In this document: in pieces, positions 50,494-64,000 of the stretch
How the letters are laid out: the number at the start of each line of letters is the position of its first letter
Position numbering within the stretch: position 1 is the first letter of the stretch
NCBI RefSeq assembly: GCF_006345805.1
Contig: NC_042998.1
Location: 143,220,001-143,284,000, forward strand
Source: Octopus sinensis
Lineage: Eukaryota
Direction of reading: 5' to 3'
Length of the DNA stretch: 64,000 nucleotides
The notes under the pieces: generated by a model
Databases searched by the model: none
What the model saw: only the letters and a program-made list of their open reading frames with translations
Told to the model about the DNA's origin: nothing
Translations under genes and position numbers: made by a program

Positions 50494-52239
50494 TAATGTA
50501 CTGAACCGTGATAAAAAAATTCACACAAAAAAGTACTCCATCTGGTGAGAGATAAATATTATTATTTAAAGGTCACAATACATGTATCAAAGCGCAACTA
50601 ATAGTTTCATATGTTAAGAGAATTCAAACATATTCATCAGGCGCAAATCACATATCATAACGAACTAAAAAAATTGAATAAATAGAAGAAACGGGATGAA
50701 GCTGAGAAGGCAGCATATAGAAAACGCAGAGAGTAAACAACGGAAAACGAAACTGAAATGTCAAAAGGTAAGAAGTGCTATCATCGTTAGGCCTTAAATG
50801 ATAAGGCTGGAAAGATATCAAATCAGTCAGTAATAGGCGGAATTTTCCAATTCTTCAGAATATATTTATATATATGCATGCAGCCAGCGAAAATTTCTGA
50901 CCTGGAGTTCAATAGAGGGTTAGGGTTCTTAGATCTGAACAGGATCTGCGCTTTTTCTGTCAAACAAAGTCTACATTTATTTGATCCATTCACATAAAGT
51001 ATGGATTTCTCAATTACTTTCTATTTAATCACATGCGCTGTTTCATTATCTTTCAAAGTCCATACGTAACCAGCCAACTTAGTAGCTTTATTTTTGTCTC
51101 TGTGTCGGAAGGAGGCTATGTCATTGACATAGCGATTTTTAAAAGAAGACCTATATTGGATTATGTGAAGGAGAATTTAAAAATCGCTATGCCAATCACA
51201 TAGTCTCCTTCCGACACAGGGGTCGATTAGTTCGACTAAAGGCGGTGCTCCAGCATGGCCGCAGTCAAATGACTGAAACAAGTAAAATAATATATATATA
51301 TGTGTGTGTGTGTGTGCGTGTGTAATATGAGCGAGCGTAGCTTTGTGGTAAGAAGCGTGATTCCCAACTACATGGCTGTGTGTTTAGTCCCACTCTGTGT
51401 TTGTGTGTTTACGTTCCCGTAACCTAGCTGGTCGGCAAGAGACCGATAGAATAGGCACTGGGGTCGATTCATTCGACTAAAATTCTTGAAGGTGCTGTTC
51501 CAGCATGGCATAGCATCAGTCAAATTTCTGAAAGAATTAAAAAGAATACAAAAGTTATTTGTAGCAATCTCTTCTATAAATAAATAAATGAAAAAATATA
51601 AAAAAAAAACAAAGAGGATGATGAGAAATAATTCATTACCTAACTTCCGATCTGTTAGTTTCATATAGTCTTCAGTCTTCGAATAAATCTTGGCCAAATT
51701 CCATATGTCTGCTCTGCAAAAAGAGCGATTAATTGGATAAAATTATTGTGGTTCGCTGGTGTATTTATGTTACAATGTCAGATATGCTACAAGTAGTGTG
51801 TAGTTGAAAGATTCTAACAAAAACGTTTAGCGGTTATTTTGGTCTCTCTATTTGCAGTAAACAGCCTAATTCTGTAACCTTTCGAATTAGTCTGCTCAAA
51901 TGTCAGCTTGTCTTTATCGGTCTTTTATACTAGTTTCAGTCATTGGACTGCAGCCATACTGGGGCACCACTTGATGGGTTTTAGTCCCACAAATAATCCC
52001 ATGTAGTTATGCTTCTTTTAAAGTCTATTACTTATTTTATCGCTCTCTTTTGCTGAACTGCTGTGTTTTACAGGGGCATAAACAAATCAACACCAGCTGT
52101 CAATTGGTGGAGGTGGGGTCAAACAAAAAACACAAAGACATTCCTCCACCATACACACACACACACACACACTCAAACACACACACACTCTCACACACAC
52201 ACACTCACACACACACACACTCACCTACTGGCACTTCCT

Positions 52240-52545
52240 CCATTACGACGACGAAGGTTCCAGTTGATCCGATCAACAGAACAACCAGCTCGTGAAATTG
52301 ACGTGAAGGTGACAGAGCAAGCCACAGACACGTGTACCCTTAACGTCGTCCTCGGGGAAATTCAGCATGACACAGAGTGTGACAAGGCTGTCCCTTTGAA
52401 ATACAGGTACTACTCATTTTTGCCTGCTGAGTGGACTGGAACAGCGTGAAATAAATTGTCTTGCTCAAGGACACAACGCGCCTCCGGGAATCGAATTCAC
52501 GATCTTATGATCGTGAGACGAATACCCAGACCACTAATCCACGCA
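52240..52545 (-). mobile_element. tRNA-derived SINE, second family (also 59570-59910)
   Basis: The minus-strand head of the 59570 copy has A-box TGGCTTAGTGG and B-box GAGTTCAATTCC; the copies share the body GTTCCAGTTGATCCGATCAA…CACAGACACGTGTACCCTTAACGT. Confidence 0.8.
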
Positions 52546-53244
52546 TCTTCGCACGCACAAACCTGCGCCCCCTACATATATACATAAGACAGGCTTCCAC
52601 ACAGTTTCTGTCTACCAAATTCATTAACAAGGCATTTGTCAGGTAGAGGGCTATAGTAGAAAATACTTGAAGTTAAGGTGATCTGCAATGGGACTCAACT
52701 GGAAAGAGAGCTTTTTAACCATGCAGCCATGCCTGTTGATAATAATGATAAAATAACGATAGCAAGAACAGAAAGGCCAAAATGTATTTCCTATGATAAG
52801 ATAATATCCATCGTTAAAATTCAATAATTTTAAAGGCAATTATCATAATTATGTTATTGATTTCAAATTTTTGGTACAGGACTGCAATTTCGGAGAAGGG
52901 GATAAGTCGATTACGTCGACCCCCACCGTTCAACTGCTACTTATTTTTACCGACCCCAAAAGGATGAAAGCTAAAGTCGACCTCGATGGAATTTGAAGTC
53001 AGAAAGTAAAGGTGGACGAAATGCCGTTAAGCATTATGCTCGGCGTGCTGACGATTCTGCCAGCTCGCCGCCTTGTCATAATTATTGTATTAAGACGATA
53101 ACTTTATAACCACGTGGTTTGGGGTTCAGTCCATGCATGGCACTTCTGGCAAATGTCTTATAGACCCGGGCTGACCATTACTTTGTAATTGAATTTAGTA
53201 GATAGAAACTATTTGGATAACCGCCGTGCGCGTGCGCGTATATA

Positions 53245-53639
53245 TCTTTATATATAAAAGTGAAGTTGTGTGTCTTTCTCCTACGATTTAGATTCCTAAC
53301 TACTCCCTCATTTTGCGGTGCAGTGTAACCAAAAGCGGGTATCTTATAGTCGTGATTAATATCGAGCCCTTCTGGGTATTAGCGCGCGTCTACGATGAGT
53401 CTACGATTAAAAAAAAAATTACCATCATTTTTTTCCATTTTAATGCATTTTTTCCCTATTATATAAGGGAAGTAACTCTCTAAAAATGTCTACGATGCGT
53501 CAACGATTTAAAAATACATTTACCATAATTTTTTCCATTTTTAATGCATTTTTTTGCTATTTTTTGGCTATAACTCTCTAAAAATGCTTATATAGTTATT
53601 TCCCTTACAAACCCGAGCAACGCCGGGCGATACTGCTAG
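53245..53639 (+). mobile_element. Complete non-autonomous Helitron (~395 bp)
   Basis: A|TCTTTATATATAAAAG 5' end; CCCGAGCAACGCCGGG hairpin and CTAG|T 3' end; A/T insertion site. Confidence 0.88.
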
Positions 53640-53647
53640 TATATATA

Positions 53648-53693
<46 letters not shown>

Positions 53694-53713
53694 TATATGT
53701 GCGCGCGTGTATG

Positions 53714-53770
<57 letters not shown>

Positions 53771-54472
53771 ATGTATGTATGTATGTATGTATGTACGTAT
53801 GAATGTATGTATGTGTATGTTTGTATATGTATGCGTGTGTGTTTGTCACCCTCACCACCTGTTAACCGGTGTTGATTTGTTTACGTCCCAGTTGAGTAGT
53901 CTGTCCGATGCGACAACGGTTCTCCTAACTTGCCTAATTATAAATAATAGAATATAGGATGGTCACGGCTAAATCATCTTTGATCATTTGTCTACTTCAC
54001 ACTGGTTAGTCCGTGCTAAATAGTTACACAATAATTTCCCCACTTCATAAATCTACCCATTTGTTTAATACATAAACACACACACACAACGAAGGATTCT
54101 TACGTCGTAGACGACTTGTGAGTATTCAGATTTTGCCGGACTATCTGCACAAATGATTTGTTTATAGTGACCAAATGTATGTGCTGTACACTAGCTCACT
54201 CCCTCCATCAAATCGACGTTGCCTGGACAGGTGTATAGTGTGCCATACGTCAGGTGTCGTTCATGATTTGATACAACTGACTGGAGATTCAGTTTGTTTT
54301 GGCAACAGCACTTTTGGAAGTGAACACATACACTCGCGCGCGAACGGGCGAGCGAGCTCAGTGGAACGTAAAAGAGACAAATCAAATACCCCTAATCATT
54401 TCCCAGACGTTTTTAACTGTTTTCTATTAAATATTACTATTATTCCTTTATATACGACAGAAACAGCATTGG

Positions 54473-55017
54473 AATGATATAGCCATATGTGTATCTACTT
54501 AATGCAGAACGCGAAAAGGCATATTAATTGCGGTATTCGCTCGGAGATAACATCTTTTATGGGCATACTGTGTTTAAAAACACAAATACCTCAGTAGCAG
54601 ACGAAAATCATTCAGCAGCGGCGGTGATAATGCTAGACGCACATTTCTGCGTCATTGAGCATCATCAATAACATGTACGCACTGCCAACTGCATGCTAAG
54701 ACAAAATCCGTCGCTTGGTGGTTAATTGCAACGCCAGTGATTTTTTAATCACTGTTTTCCTATATCTATAGTAATATATTTTGTCCTGGCAGGCGGTTGG
54801 CAGTAAATACATGCTACTGACAAAACCCAACGAAGCAGAAATGTACACCTATCCTCCCCACCGTCGCTGCTGAACGATTTTCGTCTGCTACTGAAATAGT
54901 TGTGTTTTTAAACAAAGTACGTCCAATAGCGATATTATCTCCGCATGAATACTACAGTTAATACGTCTTTTCACGATGTATTTGCATTAAGTTTGATAAC
55001 AGATGACTGTTATCATG
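54473..55017. mobile_element. Fold-back/MITE with ~150-bp imperfect TIRs
   Basis: The core arms 54571-54626 and 54859-54914 are 51/56 complementary, with similarity extending outward to about 54473 and 55017. Confidence 0.75.
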
Positions 55018-55569
55018 AGAGAGAGAGAGAGAGAGTGTGTGTGTGTAGCGACACTGGGGTACAAATATACGAAGCCCAATATACCCATCATGACTACCCG
55101 TCTGATATGGATACACCATGCACATGCATCACAACTATATGTACGTGACATGGTGTTCTCATATCAAGATAAACAGCGTGTGACCTTGGAGGTGGGGTCC
55201 ACTTAGAATTTTCTTCAGGCCTACTTAGATTTTTTTTCAAGTCGAGCAGCTCAAAAGATCCTTGCATAAGGTTTGTTTAAAGATGATGAACAAAATACCC
55301 ATGTTTCCAAAGGTGAATTATTTAAGCCCCAAATAATTCCTCTCAGTATATGGCTATGATGTCCCCACACTACTTCTGCTCGTGATCAGAGATGTACTTA
55401 TCGTCAGCCATTGAGACATGCTCAACTGGTTATGGTCAAGCAAATGACAAGCAAATCTGTAGTATTGAGCAGAATATTTGCTCTTTATACCCAGACAAAA
55501 CAATGTGCATGATAATACTTTCAACCAGTTAAGATCAAAAGCCATGAAAGCCAGTACAGCATCATGGCA

Positions 55570-55634
<65 letters not shown>

Positions 55635-55672
55635 TATTATTTTTATTATTATTATTATTTTTATTTTAATTA

Positions 55673-55719
<47 letters not shown>

Positions 55720-56339
55720 GTGTTGTTGTTATTAGCACCTCGAACAAAATGCTTAGCAGCATTTCGTCTGTCTTTACGTTCAAATTCAGCCGTTCAAATT
55801 TTCCTTTCATTCTTTCGAAGCCGAGGAAATAAGTACCTGTTTCTTTACTACCCACAAGGGGCTAAACACAGAGGAGACAAACAAGGACAGACAAACGGAT
55901 TAAGTCGATTATATCGACCCCAGTGCGTAACTGGTACTTATTTAATCGACCCCTGGAGCGATGTATGTGACATACATCCTCCCACAGAATTTCAGTGCTT
56001 ATGCCTGCAGTAGAAATGATTGTTACTGTTGTTAAATTATGCTATTGAAGCTGCAGATCTGCCCACTCGGTAGCATTGGATAAAGTGGACGAACCCGCGG
56101 TTGCCATAACTGGGTTGAAAGCTGGGACTAAAATAACCACGATTATTTTAATTAGCATAATTGTTGGAGCAACTGGATATGTTAAGTGACAGCTTGAAAA
56201 AGCTAGGATTTTCAGGTAAAAACAACAACCCCAAAACAAACAAAAAATACAACAACAACATAGCAAAACAAAACTAAACAAAACAAAAAACGGTGTGTTC
56301 ACATGAATTTTACAAATAGGGTCTGTAAAATGAACACTA

Positions 56340-57600
56340 AAATTGTGAAAGATTTTTCTGAAGTTTAGCATGTAATAATTAATGCGTATAATATGTGTAT
56401 ATATGTATACACATATATACACATGCTGCTGCTTCTGATACTGTAGGAGTTCATCTGTCGTAAGCTCTTCAGAGTGTTCCTCGACGAGATCGTTAATATC
56501 TCCTACGTCAACCTCGAGGCCCATGGACTTGCCAAGAGACACTATTCCCTCGACTACAAGTGTCTCAGACTCAAACCGTTCGAAATCTCTTTCGGATACA
56601 TAGTCAGACCGCAGCTTCCAACATGCAGAATTGAGCGTTCTCCTCGTTACATCCTGCCAGGTCATATCGATGATTTTCAGGCAGTTAACTATGTTGTAGT
56701 GCACCTTCCAAAACTCACGAAGGGTTAGACTTGTAATTACGGTGACTTCAAAGCACCGACGAAACGTGTTTAGTATAGAATTTCTTAAAGTTAGAAATCA
56801 ACTATTGGTCCATTAGGCTGCAAGGTAGGGGTAGTGTTGCGTGAAAGGTACAGACTTTTTGTAAATTCAAATTCCTCCAGAATATTTTCGAGGTTAGGAG
56901 GGTAAGCAGGAGCATTGTCGAGGACAAGGAGGGCCTTGAGAGGAAGATCGTTCTCCAGAAGGTACTTTTTCACTGCTGGTCCAAAGACAAGGTTGACCCA
57001 CACGGTGAAGAATTTCCAAGTTTCATCACAGTTTAATATCTGTTGTACGATGTACCACTCAGCTGCGATGAGCTGACGGAATTCACGTACGAAATCCTCA
57101 GCTGCCTTTGTGTCAGAACTCGCTGCTTCTCCATACCTGACGACTCCATGAACACCAGTCCTCTTCTTGAAATTATCGAACCAGCCGCAACTGGCCTTAA
57201 ATGCGTCTGCTAATGTCTCCTCCATTGATGTTCCAGGGTTCTGATTCAGGAGATTCCCATACAACCCTGGTGCTTTCTCGCGCATGATGGTCTCTGTACC
57301 CGAATTCCCTACCACTTGCTTATCTATGATCCACAGGAGAAGCAATATTTCCATCTCTGCGTGGACAGATGTGCGTTGCTTAGAGAGCCTGGAGACAGCC
57401 TTTGCTGTTGTCACGGCCTTGATATCGTCCTTTTTCTTCAGGATGGTGCAGATCGTCGACGTGCTCTGGTCGTATTGACGTGCTATGTCCACTACACGCA
57501 CTCCTCTCTCATTTTTATTAATGATTTCCTTCATCAATTCTATCGTAATCAGTTTTTTCTTCTCAGCACTGTCCCTAGCATTAACCTTCTTAGGACCCAT
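56340..57600 (-). pseudogene. Tigger/pogo (TIGD1-like) transposase remnant
   Basis: MGPKKV…KKLITIELMKEII.K.ERGVRVVDIARQY….STICTILK (CENP-B HTH), FKASCGWFDNFKKR, NCDET, LLVLDNAPAYP, then GL.VD.GDI..LVEEH.EELTTDEL; internal deletion and frameshifts. Confidence 0.9.
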
Positions 57601-58117
57601 GGCTAATGCAATTAATTATTAGAAAATAACATACATACATATGTATGTATGTATGTATGTGTGTATATATATATATGTATGCATGTATATATTTATGTAT
57701 GCTTATATGTAGGTGTGTGTATACACACACATACAAGTCGTATACTTGCATATAATATGGCTCCATCTCTTCATTATTCAAGTCTGGTTAAATACATGAC
57801 GGGCTAAATAGCTTTAATCTTTTTTCCATTATGTTTCAAACATTCTAACGTCTCACCAGATCAGAGAGGAAGACTTGTTGATGTTTCTAAACTATAAAGG
57901 CCAAATGGCTTGCATCTTCGGCATATTTCCGTAGCTATCTTTAGAGACAGACAACATTCATTATGTGTTCTAGAATAGTCGTTACGAGTTTAAAATGCAG
58001 TGACGGAATGAAGTTTACTGTTTTGTTATAAGTGAGGACTCTGTGTACTTTAAAATTGTGATGAAATATCTATCTATCTGTCTGCCTATCTGCCTATCTA
58101 TCTGTCTGCATGTCTGC

Positions 58118-58209
<92 letters not shown>

Positions 58210-58558
58210 ATTCATGTACATGAACCTGCTGCATGATAGCAGATACTTTTAAGTAGCATACACTGCGTCCAAATTCTTTCAAACCATAATGATTTACTTA
58301 CAAACTCGCGCACTAGTCATCCAGTGCCTCTTATCGCAGCGTGCAGTCAAATTATTTATCGTTCCTGCAACCACCCACGAAGAAAATTACATAAAGGAAC
58401 ACACTACATAGCTATATACGCGCACAAAGTTACATGCATACTTACATATTAATAGAAAGATAGATAGATAGATAGGTACATACATACATACATATATTAT
58501 ATATGTATATATATGTGGTATATATGTATGTATATATAATATACATATATATATGCAC

Positions 58559-58642
<84 letters not shown>

Positions 58643-58652
58643 ATATATATAG

Positions 58653-58710
<58 letters not shown>

Positions 58711-58803
58711 ATATATAAAATTAATTAAGGGTAGAAATTGATATTTATCAATTAAAACCAGTGGTCTAGCATATTAAAAAAGAATCCGAAGATTAAAATA
58801 TTT

Positions 58804-59010
58804 TATATACCAATTGGACTGAAACACGAAAATGGACAGTCAACATGCTAGATATAGACGTCAAATCGCCATTCTCCACAAAAGATTATGTTCTCAAACA
58901 AACTGAGTTTGATTTGAGAACATAATCTTTTGTGGAGAATGGCGATTTGACGTCTATATCTAGCATGTTGACTGTCCACTTTTCGTGTTCAGTCCTTAAT
59001 TGGTATATAT
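58804..59010. repeat. Long inverted repeat (66-bp perfect stem) between (TA)n tracts
   Basis: 58833-58898 is the exact reverse complement of 58913-58978; the arms continue imperfectly outward. Confidence 0.95.
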
Positions 59011-59184
59011 AAATATATATATATATATATACATAACATTCACACATACCTACGTGCGAACACGTATTCACATTAATACGTAACAGTATATAACAATATA
59101 TCTCCCCAAAAATAAACACCGCAAATTTTATTATTGCCATATTCTGAACAAATGCGCGTGCACACACACACACACACACACACA

Positions 59185-59215
<31 letters not shown>

Positions 59216-60289
59216 ATGATAGTAAAAATCTGTGGTTGGCTTAAATTGTTTTGATAAGCAAGGTCTCGGTCATGATTCTGAGTCAGTTATCTGTTATGTC
59301 ATAGATAAGTTTTGTGTTCCTTTCAAGTGTCTTCGCATGTAATGTTATATTTAATGCATGAGTGTGAAGTGTTGATTCCATCATTCGCTCTTGTCGACTG
59401 CGCCTTTAAAACTTCACGAGAGAGAAACGGATTGCTGTCTTAAATATTAGCAAACAGACGCATACGCCAGAAACTGCTCAATAATTGTTATGTTTTGTGG
59501 GTATTGAATTAGTATATTACAGTGGGATACAACTTGGTTCATCGAAATGGGATCTCCGGCATGAGTTCGCTGCCGAGTGTTGCAAAGCAGGGATTAGCAC
59601 TCTGTCGGTTAGGATGACGAAGGTTCCAGTTGATCCGATCAAAGGAACAACCGGCTCCTGAAATTAACATGCAAGTGGTTGAGCACTCCACAGACACGTG
59701 TACCCTTAACGTAGTTCCCAGGGAGATTCAGCGTGACACAGAGTGTAACAAGGCTAGCCCTTTGAAATAAAGGCACTACTCATTTTTGCCAGCTGAGTGG
59801 ACTGGAGCAACGTAAAATAAAGTGCTTCGCTCAAGGATACAACGCGTCACCAGGAATTGAACTCACGACTTTATGATCGTGAGCCGAACACTCTAACCAC
59901 TAAGCCACGCGCTTTCACGCTGAGACGTTACACCTCTGAAAAAAGTCTTCGCAGTGCACTCTGCATGTTAATGGCACATCACAGCGAAATAGAGAAGATT
60001 AAGTTACTTAGGATCGTAGTCACGAGTGACGGGAAACAAAGGTTGAATTGGATGCTAGAATTGCAGGTGCTGGTACAGTTATGCACAAGCCCCAATATTC
60101 CATTCTCAGAAGAGAAGAGGTTGGTAAAAAGAAAAAGACAAACTCGCTATCTTGAAGTCGGTTTTCGTGTCTATCCTCACCTAAGGTCATGAGCGTTGAA
60201 TACTGACCGGAAAAAGTACCACCAAAATGGGGTTCTTCCGAAGCGACCAAAATGGTGTTCCTCCGAAACGATCAAAATGATGGTCTTCC

Positions 60290-60630
60290 GAGGACTCCCA
60301 GGACGAACGTTACTCGACAGGGTGCATAGCTCGAAGACCAGGATGTCTCTCCAGCTATAGCTGCTACTTCTCTGCGTTGAGAGGACACAGCTCCGGTATT
60401 ATGGACATGTGATAAGAATGTTAAAGGAAAAAAAATCGCAAGACAGATTCTTCAAGCCAAGCCAACTGCCAAGGGACCTAGAAGTAGGCCAAAAACGAAA
60501 TGGTTAGATAATATCCATAGTCTCAGATGGTCATGCTTGGGAATCCTGCCGGAAATTATAAATAACGGTTGCTTCTGTTAGGATCCTATGGAAGAAGTGC
60601 CTGAGGACCCTACACCTACAACCCTCTTAG
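60290..60630 (+). pseudogene. RTE-clade LINE 3' fragment
   Basis: RTQLRYYGHVIRM…GPRSRPKTKWLDNI matches the RTE LRW.GHV.RM…GRP...W.D.I motif. Confidence 0.7.
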
Positions 60631-60905
60631 AAATAGCAGATGGAAAGAATTATTGGCTGGCTGGTTGGAAAGGTTCTCTTGAGACTGTATTTGGTGTTTG
60701 GACGGTATCTTATTAAAGTTCTATACCTCATCAGAAAGGTAAAAAAATGTAGTTTTCATTCATTAAATAAAAAATGCCACATTTTCATACAACGGTAATT
60801 ACGATATATGTCAAATGACTGAAACAAGTAAAAGTATAAAAGAATAAAAGGCACATACATACTCACATACACGCGCACGCGCAGCTCACGAACACCACAC
60901 GCATG

Positions 60906-60951
<46 letters not shown>

Positions 60952-61052
60952 TACACACACACGCATGAACACGCACGCACACGCACGCAAACACACGCAC
61001 AGGACGCACGCACACGCTCACACGCTCATACACACACACACACACACATACA

Positions 61053-61084
<32 letters not shown>

Positions 61085-61516
61085 TACATACACACACACA
61101 CACACCAACGTTCAAAATAGCTTAAAGTCTCTTTCGAATCGAAATGAAGTACAATCGTTATTGTCCTAAAACTCAAGATATTTCACTGGTAACCACTTTC
61201 GTGCCCAGATATTTGATACGTCAACCAAATGCACATAGCAGCCCACAAGGGTTTCCTTATCTTTACGTTTATTAAAGGAAGTATCTGTGAGCCCCACAAA
61301 ATGTGAAATCCAATGCTAATGGCATTAAGTGGAACACTATCGTCCACATTTGAACTCTTTACATATAAATAAACACGTGTTCATATCGCGTTTATTTACT
61401 TGAAATTTTAGCTAACACCTTTCTTTATTTTCAATATATATATATATATGTTGATTCGTTAGCTACTGCACGCATTTTTTTCTCTCCTTCTTTCTGTGTT
61501 TTTCTCTCTCTGTGTA

Positions 61517-61554
61517 TCTTTCTGTTGAAGAGCGTAGGCTCGAAACGTTAAAGA
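61517..61554 (+). ncRNA. Hammerhead-like motif with A6>U core variant (best-folding family copy)
   Basis: TCTTT-CTGTTGA-A-GAGC-GTAG-GCTC-GAAA-CG-TT-AAAGA: 5-bp helix I, 4-bp helix II, palindromic ACGT helix III. Confidence 0.6.
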
Positions 61555-61649
61555 CTTGTTTTATTATATTTCCTGAGCGTCATACTAATACAATTGTTCG
61601 TTTGTTTTCCACCTGCCTTCGTCTTTTGTTTATTTTCATAAAGCTTCCC

Positions 61650-61750
<101 letters not shown>

Positions 61751-61994
61751 GTGTGTGTAGTCCTTTAGTGTGTGTGTTTTTTCAAAAAATTATTTTGGTG
61801 GTCCTCGGTTTCTGTGAGATATAAGGCGATATTTAGGACAACACTATGAACAGTAAGCCCTTGTTTGTTGTTATTAGGTGGGTGGTGTTGAGTTGTCATG
61901 TCATAGCTGTTTGTAAGAGAGACGTTTTATCAACGATGCTTTAAATTCTGGTATCATATAGTATTCAGCGTGTGCGTGCGTGTGTGTGTGTGTT

Positions 61995-62054
<60 letters not shown>

Positions 62055-62261
62055 CATGTATGTGCATATGTATCTTTTATTCTTTTACTTGTTTCAGTCA
62101 TTTGGCTGCGACGTGCTGGAACACCGCCTTGAAGGGTTTCTACTCGAACAAATCGACTCCAAGATTCTTTTAAAGCATGACACTTATTATATTGGTCTCT
62201 TAGCTAAACAGCTAAATTACAGGGAGCGTAAACACTGGTTGTCAACGGTGGTGGGGGCCAA

Positions 62262-62328
<67 letters not shown>

Positions 62329-62975
62329 CGATGGGCTTCTTTCAGTTTCCGTCTACCAAATCCACTCACAAGGCTTTGGTTGGCCCTATAGTAGGAGACA
62401 CTTGCCAAAATTGCCGCGCGGTGGGACTGAACCCGGAACCATGTGGTTGGGATGCAAGCTTCATTCCACGCACTTTTTTATACATATGTATACACACACA
62501 CACATTTATCATTAAAAAAGGAGGCACTGCAAAGTGCAACATGTCACCAAAAATCGGGCTGGTTTCACATTCCTCTCCAGTATCTGGTGTAGTACGACGC
62601 GTGTCATCAACCACAGGATTGGCTGGTGAGCGGAATACGAACCAAATAATAGGAAATAATAATAATAATCCTTTCTACTACAGGAACAAGATTTGAAATT
62701 TGGGTGTGGGGAAGAGCTATGTCGGTTACATCGACTCCAGTGCTTGACTGGTACTTAATTTATCGACCTCGAAAGGATGAAAGACAAGTCTGGGACATAT
62801 AGAAATATTGTGAAGTCTATTTGCTGACGAAAAATAAATTACGAATTAAAAACATCTCTAATAATTCGGTGTTCTTCAACACTTGGCGTCTTGTTGGGAG
62901 CTTCCCTAGAACGCTATCCCGCAGGGATATTAGAGTTGTTTTTAATTCACGATTTAATGCGCGTGCACGCACGCA

Positions 62976-63048
<73 letters not shown>

Positions 63049-63189
63049 ACAGATAGATAAGCATGACATTCCTGTCTCTTTTAAATAAGCATTTCCCAGT
63101 AAAGCATAAATATACGAAGGTTTTTAACAGACGTTCGTTTAAAATATACAGCTGTTGCCCCAATATGAAAAACATTATCACTCGTTAGC

Positions 63190-63545
63190 ATCACCAAATT
63201 CCACTCTCAATTGTAACTATCGAGGCCCTGAAGCTTGCCCACTTGACTAGGTCGTCTTTGAGGCACATCGACAAAAGTAAAGCCACTAAGTTGGCTAGCC
63301 GCGTATGATGTTTGAAGACCAACTGCACCTCACATACAATCAAGTGGAGAATTGTAGAGGAATCCATGCCATATGTAAATAGTTGTAAGAAATGCAACTT
63401 ATGCGTAGTTGAAAGTTGGCACGTTCATTTTAGATTTAAAAATTCCATCGCACTACTTAATTCTAGATCCGAAATCTTTAGCAAATGTAAGCATTTAGAC
63501 AAATTTCTTTGGGCGAACTGGAGGACACCACTCACTCAGGATTGA
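63190..63545 (+). pseudogene. PLE GIY-YIG endonuclease C-terminal fragment
   Basis: KATKLASRV*CLK…IKWRIVEESMPY…KKCNLCVVE…LLNSRSEIFSKCKHLDKF matches PLE T.LS..IW.LK…W.I….Y….KCNLC..E…LN.RSE…CRH..K. Confidence 0.8.
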
Positions 63546-64000
63546 GCAGCGCTCTCGCAAAATTTGGACCCCACTCCGTCGAATTATTCTACCACAACTA
63601 GTTTAACTATGGCTTCTACGGTAAAAGATAGTAACTCTTTCTTTTCCTTATTTTTCGTTTTTATTCACCATTCCAATTTTTGCATCAACCTTCTCGTTTT
63701 TTTCCCTCGTGACCTCATGTACTAGCGTCCTGATTTTCAAATAAAACAAAGCATGTTCTCAGAGCCCGAGGTTTGCTTGGAGATACAGAGGTCATTGTAG
63801 AAACCTGCTTAACCACGTACTTTCAAAGCAAGAAACTATTAGTAACTCTTATCTTTATGACGTGTTCATCAGATTATATATATGTATAAAAAATATAAAC
63901 TGGGACAAGAACGCAAAACTTCAGTCAAGAACCGGATCATCTTCGATCCGGTTCTTGACTGAAGATTGAAGGCTTCGAATGTCCTGTCCGTGTTTTTTGT

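Noticed and set aside
62366-62696. ORFs over unique sequence at 62530-62640
   Set aside because: There is no recognisable domain or convincing splice-site pair, and they overlap SINE and microsatellite sequence.
63780-63855. GAAACTATTAGTA near-palindrome with TGCTT/AAGCA stem
   Set aside because: No CTGANGA core is found upstream.
63958-63990. CTGAAGA…TTCGAATGTC as a hammerhead
   Set aside because: It has GAAT instead of GAAA and no helix I.

Overview
This is AT-rich, microsatellite-dense eukaryotic DNA. The repeat families and the MAU2 sequence suggest a cephalopod such as Octopus, which is an inference. The only recognisable host gene is the first coding exon of MAU2/Scc4 (minus strand, 8824-9054); the rest of the gene must lie left of the window. 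Everything else is a mosaic of mobile elements: tRNA-type SINEs, LINE remnants (CR1-like, L1/Tx1-like, RTE, and R4/Dong-like between TAA tracts), four Helitron pieces, Tigger, mariner, hAT, pogo-like and Merlin-like DNA elements, and three Penelope-like element (PLE) pieces. The strongest signal not explained by the ORF track is RNA structure. At least three distinct type I hammerhead ribozyme (HHR) designs can be read directly from the sequence. (i) A canonical HHR sits in both inverted pseudo-LTRs of a young PLE (24258-27186). (ii) A minimal HHR with a GCAA tetraloop sits inside a fold-back mini-element (12493-12530). (iii) A ~200-bp (TA)n-associated repeat has four copies; three carry an HHR fold with the same non-canonical core change (A6>U) and the fourth is decayed. 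Further decayed HHRs and long fold-back hairpins occur next to (TA)n tracts. All structures were folded by eye and none has been tested for cleavage. There is a 100-N assembly gap at 50394-50493.
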